From Eledone cirrhosa (taxonomy: Eukaryota), in contig OZ024757.1 of the NCBI GenBank assembly GCA_964016885.1, positions 34,844,001-34,908,000 of the forward strand: a stretch of DNA of 64,000 nt. The letters are read 5' to 3'. Positions 1 through 13,741 of this stretch are shown here, piece by piece. The first letter of the stretch is position 1. Each line of letters starts with the position of its first letter. The notes under the pieces are model-generated. The model had not been told where the DNA came from, made no database searches, and saw only the letters and a program-made list of their open reading frames with translations. A program made the position numbers and the translations under genes.

Positions 1-421
1 GTATGTCCGATGCTCTACCAATTCTGCCAATCTACCACCCTTAATAATAATGATTTCTAGTATAGGCACAAGGCCAGTAATTTGGGAGAGGGGAAAGTCG
101 ATTAAATTGACCCCAGTACATTACTGGTGCTTTATTTTATCGATCCCGTAAGGATGAAAGGCAAAGTCAACCTCAGCGGGATTTGAACTCAGACCGTGAC
201 TCTATGCTGCAAAGTATAGTGTCTGACTATCTACCAATACTGCCAATCCACCACCCTTAATAATAATGATTTATTTTATTGGCCAGAAGGGCCCAGGACT
301 TTGGGGACAATACAAGAATGAATTACAACACAAAGTGAGGTTTACATTGAGTAGAAGGGTTCATCTCATTCCCACATACACTTCATTGTCTTCAATATTT
401 CAACATAGATGACCATCTTAC

Positions 422-626
422 CTGCACAACACCACCGTATTTGTCACAGTATGCTGCCCAGTGAAACAACCGGTCAACTGACAATTGGACCTCTTTCACA
501 CAATCACTCATCTCTCGATTGGTCATTTGGTGCAAAAGCTTAGCATTTTCCTCACTGCGAACTTCCAGATTTTCAGCAATGTAATACAGGATCTGTGAGC
601 GAAGACGTCCTGTCTTCTTGGCCCAG
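422..626 (-). CDS. ALDH16A1: ALDH16A1-like coding exon 12 (WAKKTG...[10 protein letters not shown]...[13 protein letters not shown])
   Basis: CAG acceptor, GTAAG donor. Confidence 0.93.
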
Positions 627-3600
627 CTGAAAGAAGACCAACAAATATATTAAAAAAATTTAAAAAACAGAACATTATAAATATGGCAGTGCCTCAGCCT
701 GTTAGTTAGAACATGTAATAGAGTAATAGAGATATTGAAGTTAAACACAGAGATCCTAACAAGGACAAAATCTTGAGGGCCCTGTCAAAGGCCTTCTCAA
801 GATCAATGAATGCTACATAGAGAAGCTTAATATTAGATCAATGAATGCTAGATAGAGTGGCTTACCGCTAGATACAGAGGCTTATGTTTAAATGAATGAA
901 TGCTACATACAGAGGCTTATGTCTACACAGGTTTATTTATGTCTAGATCAACGAATGCTAGAGAGAGAGAAGGACAGTGCATACCCAGGTGCAGCTTTCT
1001 GTGCAGCTTCAACAGCATTGCGAATATCTTTACGGTTGCTCTCAGGAACCAGCCCAATGATTGTTTTTCCATTTGGACTGAAGATAGTGCGAGAAGCTTG
1101 ACCATCTGGACGCTTCTGTCCTCCACCATAATACAGTTTGTAAGTTCGGTCAACACTGAAATAGAAAGGGTTTTTTATTTTAACTATTAACACAAACATA
1201 TATATCATCATCATCATCGTTTAACGTCCATTTTCCACACTAGCATGGGTTATACAGGTTGTCCCATTAGAAGTAATGGTGACCATGTCTTGCTCATATT
1301 GGCCTGTTTCTGGCTTCGTTTCTACAGCTGGATGCCCTTCATAACGCCAACCACATTTTCAGTGTGTGCTGGGTGCTTTTAGTCGTGACACCTACACAAC
1401 CACTTTACAGTGTGGGTTGGAGGCTTTTAGTCATGACACCTACATGACCACTATATATATATTGCAAAGGCAAAAATATATAACTAAATGTATATAGAGA
1501 GCTATATAGAGGAGTACATATTGCCAAATAGTTTTATGCAAAGCTCAATGTGTTTATGTAAAAATGGTTGGAAGAAATGAGAGACACTTCTAAGGAAAAA
1601 TATACAGAAAGATAGACGGAAATACAGAACATATCTGAAGAAAAAGATGAAGTGAAGTTCTTAACTTATTTAATGTTTAACCCTTTAACATTTACATTAC
1701 TTAACATATATTATATATTTTCATGGTAAACACTTTATCTCACATAATTATCCCACATAATATCGAATCTAGGAAGTTTTGATATTATTTATTTTGAGAA
1801 CAATACCTTAACATCAGTATGAGCAGTCAATTACAGCCAGTTTGAATAGAAAAAGGTGAGAGAATTCTGGCTGGATATGGCCAGTTTAACTGTTACAGGG
1901 TTGACAATTGTTTCGGTAATGTCATGGAACATTACACAGTTAGTTAAAAGGAGAAATTTATGTATAATATGATATTTTGTATGATTTACCTTGTTTTACT
2001 TCTGAGGAGGTGTTGCCATATTTTCTTTTTCTTTCTTATTCTTTACATATGTTATAGTTAAATTTATCATTTTAACTGTGTAATGCCTCACTGAAACAAT
2101 TGTAATGCATTAAACAAGTTAAGAAGGCGCATGGCTTAGTGGTTAGAGCATTGGGCTTGCAATCGAAAGGTTGTGAGTTCAATTCTCAGACCGGGTGATA
2201 TGTTGTTTCCTTGAGCAAGAAACTTTATTTCACATTGCTCCAGTTTACTCAGCTGTAGAAATGAGATGGGGTCCCTATCATTCCACTGCAAAGTGGTCGT
2301 GGAGGTGCCATGGCAAAAAGCACCCAGCACTCACTGTAAATGAGGTTAGTGTTAGGAAGGGCATCCAGCTGTAGAAATCAAGCCAGAATCAGTTCCTGTA
2401 TGAGCAAGACAAGGTCAGCCGACTGGACACTGCCCACAACAGGACAACCCATCTAACCCATGCTAGCTTGGAAGAATGGACGTAAAACGGTGATGATGAG
2501 TATGATTCAATCTTTTTCTTTGTTTATATATATATAACAATGGGAGATGGCACAGTAGATTTCTTTAACCCTTTAGCATTTAAACTGGCTATATCCAGGC
2601 AGAATTCTCTCACCTCTTTTTGTTCAAATCAGCCATAACTGGTTGCTCATACTGATGTTAAGGTATTGTTCTCAAAATAAATAATATCAAAATCTCATAG
2701 ATTCGATATTATGTAAGATAAAGTGTTTACCGTGAAAATACAATAGTAAATATTGAGTAATGTAAATGTTAAAGGGTTAAATCATATAACAGCTTTACAA
2801 ATGTTTCAATACGTGTTATTCAATTAATGCTTGTTATTTCAATTTAGTTAAAGAGGAAAATATTGAATATAACAATGCATTATTAAATATTGTACATCTT
2901 CAGAAGCACTATAAATGGTTATACAATGACCTCGGATTCACCAAGCCCTCAAGAAAAGTTGAAACTTCAAAGGACTACATCTTTAACCCTAATGTCCCTA
3001 AATTCTTGTGTTCTTTACATTACTCTATATTTATTATTATATTTTCATGGTAAAGGCTTTATCTCACGTAATAACTCGCATAACAAATCTACGAGATATT
3101 ATTGTGACAACATAACTAGAGAAGCTGTAATGTCTTTCACACAGCTTAAGAGTCCTGCCAACTTTTTGTTTAACCATAAAAATGTTCACCTACCTTGGTT
3201 GGGCTGTTAAATCATTGGTGCATGAAATCATATTTTGGTTGCCTGGCAAAGAATGGGAAAATTCAGCAGAACCAAAAGACTTCATATCGACCTCAGGTTT
3301 CCCAAATTTTGGTTTATTCAACCAAGAAGGCTGGACATATTCATACAGACCCTAAAACACAGAACAATCATTTTAACTATTTCATTACTATATGGCCATG
3401 CAAAGTCCCATAACTCCTGAAGGAGTCGTAGGGGCACCATATTGACATAGTGTTTCTTGGGTATTTTTAAGCCTGGTGGAGCTCATCCCCTTTCCAGGTC
3501 TGAATACTGCAGGTTTCTTCCAGAGAAGGATAGAGAGAGTGAGAGAGAAAGGAAATGAGAAAGACATAGAGGAAGAATCGACCCCAGTACTTGACTGTTA

Positions 3601-6600
3601 CTTTTTTTTTTATCGACCTCGAAATGATGAAAGGCAAAGTTGACCTTGGTGGGATTTGAATCAGAGACCAGAGAGCCGAAATTGATACCACAAAGCAATC
3701 TATCTGACATTCTAATGGCTCTGCCAATTCGCCACCTTAACCATTTCTTTATCATATTTCTAACAAAAGACACTGGCAATGATTTTCAATTTATTTCAAA
3801 ATTAATGCAAAATTCTGAGGAATTTAGTAAAAAAGTATTATGGATATGTAGTTAGAATGTCCCAGGATTGAATCACTGGACAGATTTTACAGGCAAAACA
3901 ATCAGTAGGAAACCCAGAGGTAGATCTTGAACAAGATGTTTGGATAACATCCATGAGCTCAGTTGGTCTTCCTTGGGGATCCAACTAGATCAATTGGAGA
4001 TAGATGCTTCTGACAGGACCTGCTGGAAGGAGTACTTGAGGATTCTGCCCCAACGACCCTCTCAGGAATAAGTGGAGGAGGAGAAGGAGAAGGCAATTTT
4101 CATTATTAAGCTGAATTATTGAACATTATACAAAGAATTCTTACATAAAATTATAAATGGAATGGTAAATGAACCAGTGCATGGTGTAAAGTGGTTGGTG
4201 ATGGGAAGAGCATCTAACTGTAGAAAGCTTTTCTAAACAAAATGATGAGAGGACCCTTCAGTTTGTGTCAGGACAGCCTCCCTAGTGCTGGTGATCTACA
4301 CAATAAAAGCACCCAGTACACACTGTAAAGTGGTTGGCGTTAGGAAGGGCATCCAGCTGTAGAAAGCTTACTAAACAAGGATTTAGGAGGACTCTTCGGT
4401 TTGTGTCAAAAGATACTTCTCTTCTGTACTTGATATGACCATGTCAGTAGGATACAGACTTCCTTGGACTGTCTGGGAGGAGAGTAGCCCCATTTCAGTA
4501 CAGACTTGATCTATGTAAACCTATCCACCCCTTGCTAGCAGGGAAAGCGGACACTAAATAATGATTTAGATGATGTTGTATCTATGTGAAAGTGCATGAC
4601 CTAGTGGTAAGGGTGTTGGTCTTGCAATCATAATACTATGGGTTCAATTCCTGGACTGGGTTGTGTGTTGTGTTCTTGAGCAAAACCCTTTATTTCACAT
4701 TGCTCCAGTATACACAGTGGAGGCCTAGTGGTAAGGGGGTTGGACATACAATCATAATGTTGTGGGTTCGATGCCTGGACTGGGTTGTACGTTGTGCTCT
4801 CGAGCAAAACACTTTATTTCCCGCTGCTCTAGTATACTAAGCTGAAAATGAGTACCAGCAATAGCTGCGGGTTTAACCATATGAAGGACTGGTTTAAAGC
4901 ACCCCACCATCACAAGTCTTACCTCTTTGCCACCATCACATCAGTAGCCATTCTTTTTTTAAGACCCCTCCACCACACAACCACCACACCACAACATTAC
5001 ACCACGACTAGTCTTACCGCTTTGCCACTATCACGTTCATAGCCACTGTTTAAAGCACCCCACCACCACACTCACCCCCACCACCACTACCACAAGTCTT
5101 ACCTCTTTGCCACCATCACGTCCATAGCCTCTGTTTAAAGCACACCACCACCACACTCACCCCCAACACACTACACCACCACAAGTCTTACCTCTTTGCC
5201 ACCATCACGTCCATAGCCACTCTGTTTAAAACACCTCACCCCCAACACACTACACCACCACCACAAGTCTTACCTCTTTACCACCATCACGTCCATAGCC
5301 ACTCTGTTTAAAGCACCTCACCCCCAACACACTACACCACCACCACAAGTCTTACCTCTTTGCCACCATCACGTCCATAGCCACTCTGTTTAAAGCACCT
5401 CACCCCCAACACACTACACCACCACCACAAGTCTTACCTCTTTACCACCATCACGTCCATAGCCACTCTGTTTAAAGCACCTCGCCCCCAACACACTACA
5501 CCACCACCACAAGTCTTACCTCTTTGCCACCATCACGTCCATAGCCACTCTGTTTAAAGCACCTCACCCCCAACACACTACACCACCACCACAAGTCTTA
5601 CCTCTTTACCACCATCACGTCCATAGCCACTCTGTTTAAAGCACCTCACCCCCAACACACTACACCACCACCACAAGTCTTACCTCTTTACCACCATCAC
5701 GTCCATAGCCACTCTGTTTAAAGCACCTCACCCCCAACACACTACACCACCACCACAAGTCTTACCTCTTTACCACCATCACGTCCATAGCCACTCTGTT
5801 TAAAGCACCTCACCCCCAACACACTACACCACCACCACAAGTCTTACCTCTTTACCACCATCACGTCCATAGCCACTCTGTTTAAAGCACCTCACCCCCA
5901 ACACACTACACCACCACCACAAGTCTTACCTCTTTGCCACCATCACGTCCATAGCCACTCTGTTTAAAGCACCTCACCCCCAACACACTACACCACCACC
6001 ACAAGTCTTACCTCTTTACCACCATCACGTCCATAGCCACTCTGTTTAAAGCACCTCGCCCCCAACACACTACACCACCACCACAAGTCTTACCTCTTTG
6101 CCACCATCACGTCCATAGCCACTCTGTTTAAAGCACCTCACCCCCAACACACTACACCACCACCACAAGTCTTACCTCTTTACCACCATCACGTCCATAG
6201 CCACTCTGTTTAAAGCACCTCACCCCCAACACACTACACCACCACCACAAGTCTTACCTCTTTACCACCATCACGTCCATAGCCACTCTGTTTAAAGCAC
6301 CTCACCCCCAACACACTACACCACCACCACAAGTCTTACCTCTTTACCACCATCACGTCCATAGCCACTCTGTTTAAAGCACCTCACCCCCAACACACTA
6401 CACCACCACCACAAGTCTTACCTCTTTACCACCATCACGTCCATAGCCACTCTGTTTAAAGCACCTCACCCCCAACACACTACACCACCACCACAAGTCT
6501 TACCTCTTTGCCACCATCACGTCCATAGCCACTCTGTTTAAAGCCACCAAAACCAGCCGCTGCGTCAAACACATTGTGACAGTTGATCCAAACGGCACCT

Positions 6601-7951
6601 GCTTTAATGGATGATGCTACTTCTAAGCCAAGGGCTGAGGTTTCTGTCCACACACTTGCTCCAAGACCATATATGGTGTTGTTGGCGAGGTTGATAGCTT
6701 CCTTTGCTGTACGGAAAGACATGGCTACAAGCACTGGACCAAATATCTGTAATGAGATATATATATATATGGCTTTCCTGATGATTTCCTTCAAATAAAA
6801 CAGTTCTAGTCCTATAGAAGCCATTTCTATATTAAATTTATTATTATTATATATACATATATATGAAGGCACATGGCTTAGTGGTTAGAGCATTGGCCTT
6901 GCAATCGAAAGGTTGGGAGTTCAATTCTCAGACCGGGTGATGTGTTGTTTCCTTGAGCAAGACACTTTATTTCACATTGCTCCAGTTTACTCAGCTGTAG
7001 AAATGAGATGATAGGGACTGGGGTCCATATCATTCCACTGCAAAGTGGTCATGGAGGTGCCACGGCAAAAAAGCACCCAGCACTCACTGTAAATGAGGTT
7101 GGTGTTAGGAAGGGCATCCAGCTGTAGAAATCAAGTCAGAATCAGTTCCCGTCCTACCCTTGCAAGCAGGGAAAAGCGGACGTAAAATGGTGATGATATA
7201 TATATATATGAGATGAATAAATTGTGTATAGTACCTCTTTGGTTGACAATTGATTTAAAAAAGAATATATATTTATATATGATTTATATATATATATAAA
7301 TATATAGTTTTTATTAATGTCCATACACTTAACATGTATGTGCTACCTTAGGTTTCACCCTTAACGGGATCTTCTGAGGATTCCATTAAGGGTGAAAGCT
7401 GTGATTCTTTGCTTAAACTTTAATCTGTTATTTTAATAAATATTTGCTCGATGGTTTTTATATATTTGATATATATATATATATTATCCTTATTGAGCCC
7501 TCTTCAGATTTTGGTCTTCGTAATTATTATTACTATATATATATCAACATATATAATTTCATATAATAAAGAGAGATAAACAGATATATACATATATGTG
7601 TTCAAATCATAAGGGACCAGATTCGGTTTGTACTATTTCTTAATTTATTCTTTTAATTGAGTCTAGCAAACAGTATTGTTAATAGTTAGTATCTTATTCA
7701 CCCTAGCGACTAAGGTCCCTTATGATTTGAACACATATATGTATATATCTGTGCTTGAGGTTAACTCTTTGCCTTTCATCCTTGCGGGGTTGATAAAATA
7801 AAGTACCGGTAATACACTGGGATAATTGCTGGCCTTGTGCCAAAAGTAGAAACAATTATATTAAATTATATTATACGGCTTGGAAAATTTTTTCCTTGAG
7901 CTATTTCAATTGTAAGGGACTATTCTGAGTTTCTAACTCAATATATACTTT

Positions 7952-8004
<53 letters not shown>

Positions 8005-10322
8005 GGTTTTTAAATTCTAAGGATCTAATTTTTGTTTGAATTTCTCAAAAGAGATGATATATGATAATCCCTCTAAGTGTAAGCATGTGCATGTGTAAGT
8101 ATGCATGTCTTTGTATATATGTATGTGTATGTGTGCATGTGAAAAAAATTACCTCTTCTTCAACAACTTTAGAGACAGTCTGGACATTGGTAATTAAGGT
8201 GGGCAGGTAGAAACATCCTTTGTCTGGCAACTTCACAGCTGGCTGGTACACCTGTAAGAATTAATAGACACACCTAAATACTAATTGACACACCTAGAGA
8301 CAGGCACACCTGCTATTTAGCTCCAGGTCAACCTTGATCCAGCAGACCTGTGATCAAAAGTCTGCTGGATCAGGATACTCTGGACAACACAAGGTTTCCC
8401 AAACTTTTTCAAACGCAGAACCCTTTTTGGCTCAGAAACTTTTGTGTGAACCCCAAAGTCTAATACTGTTATATGGTTGTAATATATATATACTCCTCTA
8501 CTGTTATATGGTTGTAATATATATATACTCCTCTACTGTTATATGGTTGTAATATATATATACTCCTCTACTGTTATATGGTTGTAATATATATATACTC
8601 CTCTACTGTTATATGGTTGTAATATATATATACTCCTCTACTGTTATATGGTTGTAATATATATATACTCCTCTACTGTTATATGGTTGTAATATATATA
8701 TATATATGATGATGATGATGATGATGATATACTTCTCTACCTTATGTTGTGGAACCCCAGACACTCCTTTATGGAATCCACTGTTCTAACGACTCTGCCA
8801 ATTTACAACAGGTGAAAAAGGGAAATAAGGGGCTGGGACCCTTTATTGAAGACAGAAACGTTTTCTGATGTTAATGAATAAATTATAAAGTACAATAGAT
8901 GTCATAGTTTTTAGCATATTTACAGAAATATTTATACACAATAAAAGCACCCAGTACATGCTGTAAAGTGGTTGGTTATAGGAAGGGCATCAAGCTGTAG
9001 AAAGCTTGCTAAACAAAGGGTTGGGAGAACCCTTTAGTTGTGTCAAGGACATCACAGCCTCCCTAGTGTTGGTAATCTACACAATAAAAGTACCCAGAAC
9101 ACACTGTAAAATGGTTGGTGTTAGGAACGGTTTCCAGCTGTAGAAAGCTTGCCAAACAGGGGTTGGAAGGACCCTTCAGTTTATGTCAGAAATCACGAAA
9201 ACTTCTCCTTTGCACTCAATATGACTGTGCGTATGTAGGATACAGACTCCTCAGCCTGTCCTGGAAGTCAGTAACCCCGTTTCAGTACTGACTTGGTCTA
9301 TAGTCTATGTAGGCCCGTCCAACCCTTGCTAACAGGGAAAATGAACGTTAAATGATGATGATGATGAATAAGAAAAAGAAAAGAAATAAAGTGAAAAAAG
9401 AAACTAAACAATGTAAGGAAGTGAAGAGGTGGAGGGAGAAACAGACTACACCCCAGTCTGAGCGAGTGGTATCCTGCAGACAAAATGGCTGGACTGGGTA
9501 TATTGGTGAGAGGAGAGAAAGAGAGAAAACTTACATCAGCCCCTTCTCTTCTTGCATCTTCAACATACTCGTCGATGGTCTTTCTTTGACTCTCACTCAC
9601 AATGGCTCCCATGTCTATAGCTTTATCCTGACCGGAACCAATTCGAAAATGATCCAATCGCTCTTTCAGTTTGCTGATCATTTTCTCATAAATGGATTCC
9701 TGCACAAGAAGTTTTGATCCAGCGCAGCAGACCTGAAAGACACAACAATTACATGATGGACAATTAATAGAGACATCAACAACAACATCATTTAACCCTT
9801 TTCCATTTACATTACTCCATATATATTATTGTATTTTCACAGTAAAGACTTCATCTCGCATAATACTGTATACAGCTGCTAAGAGAGAAGCTAGACGTCA
9901 GGTGTACTTAGCACGCAGGGAGGCTGAGAGTAGGAGGTTTGCCAATGTTCTGCGACGGGAAGATCAGAGGCGTTCGGTGTTCCACATTGCAAGGCAGTGT
10001 GTCGATGCAAATCAGGATATTGTTGGAGATAAATGTGTCACGAATGATCAGAAAAAGGAGGCCTGGAAATGTCATTATGAGCGACTGATGAATGTGGAGA
10101 ACGAATGGGAGAGAGAGAAATTACTCTCAGTAGATCCGACAGAGGGACCAGCTATTGAGATTGACGAATATAGGGTCCAAGAGGCGATTAAGGAAATGAA
10201 AAATGGTAAGGCTGCTGGACCATCTAATATTAATAACTTTGGAAAATTATTTACTGTAGAGTGCTTCCAATCTACTGTAAAACTCATTCTTTGATATACT
10301 CATTGAATTTTGTTTAACTCTT

Positions 10323-10378
<56 letters not shown>

Positions 10379-13092
10379 GCAAAGGCAGGGGAATGAACAA
10401 AACACAGACAGTCCCATCTCAGTGATTGCTAGCGATATGTTGTTTCAGTGCTTTAAGATCAATACAACTGGCTCCAGTGCACAAGAGACAGTAAGAAATG
10501 GACAAAAGGCAAGACAATAGTCGTAACAACTATTTACAAATACGAGAAATTATACTACAAACGCAAGTGTTGTAACTGAAAAGAAGAGATATTGATGGGG
10601 CTCAACATATTGATTAGCCAAGAAGAAGAAATCTGTGTGTATTTGCAATATTTCTCTATGAACATATCACAGTGAGTGAAAGATGACAGACTGATAAGAT
10701 GGGCCTTACCTGTCCTTGATTAAACCAGATGGCGTCAACCACACCCTCAACAGCACTGTCAAGATCAGCGTTTTCAAAGACGACCACAGGTGACTTGCCA
10801 CCCAACTCCAGCGACAGTTTTTTACCACTTCCGGCTGTCAGTTGACGCAGTTTCTGTCCAACCTATAAAGAAGAAACACACAGAACAAGGACAGTGAGTT
10901 AATAATGTCCAAACCCTTTTAATTACTGTATTGATCTAGAAAACTTTAATTACCATATTTGCCAGGACACAATTCTTTCCCCCAAAAGATATAACAAATC
11001 TTCCCTGTGTCCAAGATGGCTGTATCACAGATGGGAGGTTGAATACAGGGCGAGGATAATCAGGGTTAAAAAAATTTAGTTTGTATTACAATTAGTATTA
11101 CTAATACAATAATTGTTTCTACTTTTGGCACAAGGCCAGCAATTACCCCAGTGCATTAATGGTGCTTTATTTTATCGACCCTGTAAGGATGAAAGGCAAA
11201 GTTAACCTCGGCGGGATTTGAACTCAGAACGCAATGGGCCACAACTCTATGTTGTAAAGCATGGTGTCTGTTGCTCTACCAATACTTGCAATCCACTGCC
11301 CTAATTAATAATACAATACAATTTATATAAACAAAATGACGTCGGACTTATATGAGTTTCTGATAAAAATAAAGAAATATTTAAAAATAAATTTATGAAG
11401 AAATGTACTAAAATTCTTTTTTATCAAAATGTCCTTGTAAAATCAGGGTGCGTCTTATATGAAGGGGCATCCAATAGGACGGCAAATATGGTAGTCAATC
11501 ATTGCTCCTATATTGAGTACTGTAATGTTGCTAAGAGGTCAACTTTGCCTTTCATCCATTTAAGGTTGATAAAAAAGTACCAGTCTAGTGCTGGGGTACA
11601 TTCTTCCTCTATATCTCTTTCTCCCTTTCTTTCTACCAAATCTCTATCTTTCTCTAGAAGAAATCTGCTGTATTCAGACCTGGGGAGGAGAAGGCTCCGA
11701 CAGGTTTTAAAATGTCCTAGAAACCCTGTATGTCATTATGCCACCTCTACGACACCCTCAGGAGTTATGGGTCCATACATACTGTTGCTATTTCTGGTTT
11801 GCTCCTCCTGTCACACACCTCAAGAGACTGGATAAGGTTCAAAGAAAATAAATCAACTTTATTGGTCCTGACTTATGGTGGCTTCACTGTCACACACAGT
11901 CTTAAGTGATTATTTGTAATTTCTACAGTTCTTTAACTGATGGACACTGTTGTTGTAGTTCACCACCATCACCACTACCACCAACCTCCCACCACCTTCA
12001 CCATCACCACCACCACCAACCTCCCACCACCTTCACCACTGCCACCACCATCAACCCTACCACCACAACATCACAACCATCCCCACCACCACCATCAACC
12101 ACATCACCATCAACCCTACCACCACAACCATCCCCACCACCATCATCATCAACCTCCCACCACCACCTTCACCATCACCACCACCACCATCACCACCATC
12201 ACCCCCACTACCATCACCACCATCACCACAACAACCATCACCACCACCACCACCACAGCCATCACCACCATCACCCCCACTACCACCACCACCACCACAA
12301 CAACCATCACCCCCACTACCATCACCACCACAACCATCACCACCACCAAAACAACCATCACCACCACCACCACAACAACAACCATCACCACCACCACAAC
12401 AACCATCACCACCACCACAACCATCATCATCGCCACCATCACCACCATCACCCCCACTACCATCACCATCACGTTATTTTGATCAAGACACCAAAGTTTA
12501 AAGAACCATGCTGGAACCCTCAGAAGAAAAAAGTGTGGTTGGGGGGGGGGGGGGGGGTGTTGATTACTCACGTTGGTGGACCCAGTGAAGGCCACCTTAT
12601 CCACGTCAATATGTGCCGCTAAACTACTTCCAAAGGCCCCATTGCCGGTGACAACATTGAAAACTCCAGCTGGTAACCCAGCCTGAGCAAATATCTCAGC
12701 CAAGAGCAGACAACTGAGTCTGGTATAGGAGGCAGGTTTTAGGATGACTGTGTTACCCATTGCCAGGGCTGGACAGACTTTCCACATGAGGATCATTAGT
12801 GGAAAGTTCCAAGGGACGATACCAACCACAACACCTGTGGGATGAGAAACAATATTTTGTATTAGTGATATATGTATGTGTGTATATATATATATATATG
12901 TTTGTGTGTGTATATATATTTATATATATATGTGTGCGTATATATATTTATATATATATGTGTGCGTATATATATTTATATATATATGTGTGCGTATATA
13001 TATTTATATATATATGTGTGCGTATATATATTTATATATATATGTGTGCGTATATATATATATATATATGTCTGTATATCTATATGTATGTA

Positions 13093-13129
<37 letters not shown>

Positions 13130-13691
13130 GTTTGTGTATATATATGTGTATGTATATATATATATGTTTGTGTATATATATGTGTATGTATATATATGTG
13201 TATGTATATATATATATGTTTGTGTATATATATGTGTATGTATATATATATATATGTATGTGTATATATATATGTATGTGTATATATATATGTTTGTGTA
13301 TATATGTGTATGTACATGTATGTGTATATATATATGTATGTGTATATATATATATATGTATGTGTATATATATATATGTATGTGTATATATATATATATG
13401 TATGTGTATATATATATATATGTATGTGTATATATATATATATGTATGTGTATATATATATATATGTATGTGTATATATATATATATGTATGTGTATATA
13501 TATATATATGTATGTGTATATATATATATATATGTATGTGTATATATATATATATGTATGTGTATATATATATATATATGTATGTGTATATATATGTATG
13601 TGTATATATATATATATATGTATGTGTATATATATGTATGTGTATATATATATGTGTGTATATGTGTGCGTATATATTTATATATATGTGC

Positions 13692-13741
<50 letters not shown>

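Noticed and set aside
2126-2200. tRNA-like sequences with A and B boxes (many copies)
   Set aside because: They are SINE heads followed by the SINE body; no complete cloverleaf or acceptor stem
11906-12622. His-rich and Thr-rich ORFs
   Set aside because: (CAC)n microsatellite, antisense to an ALDH16 intron
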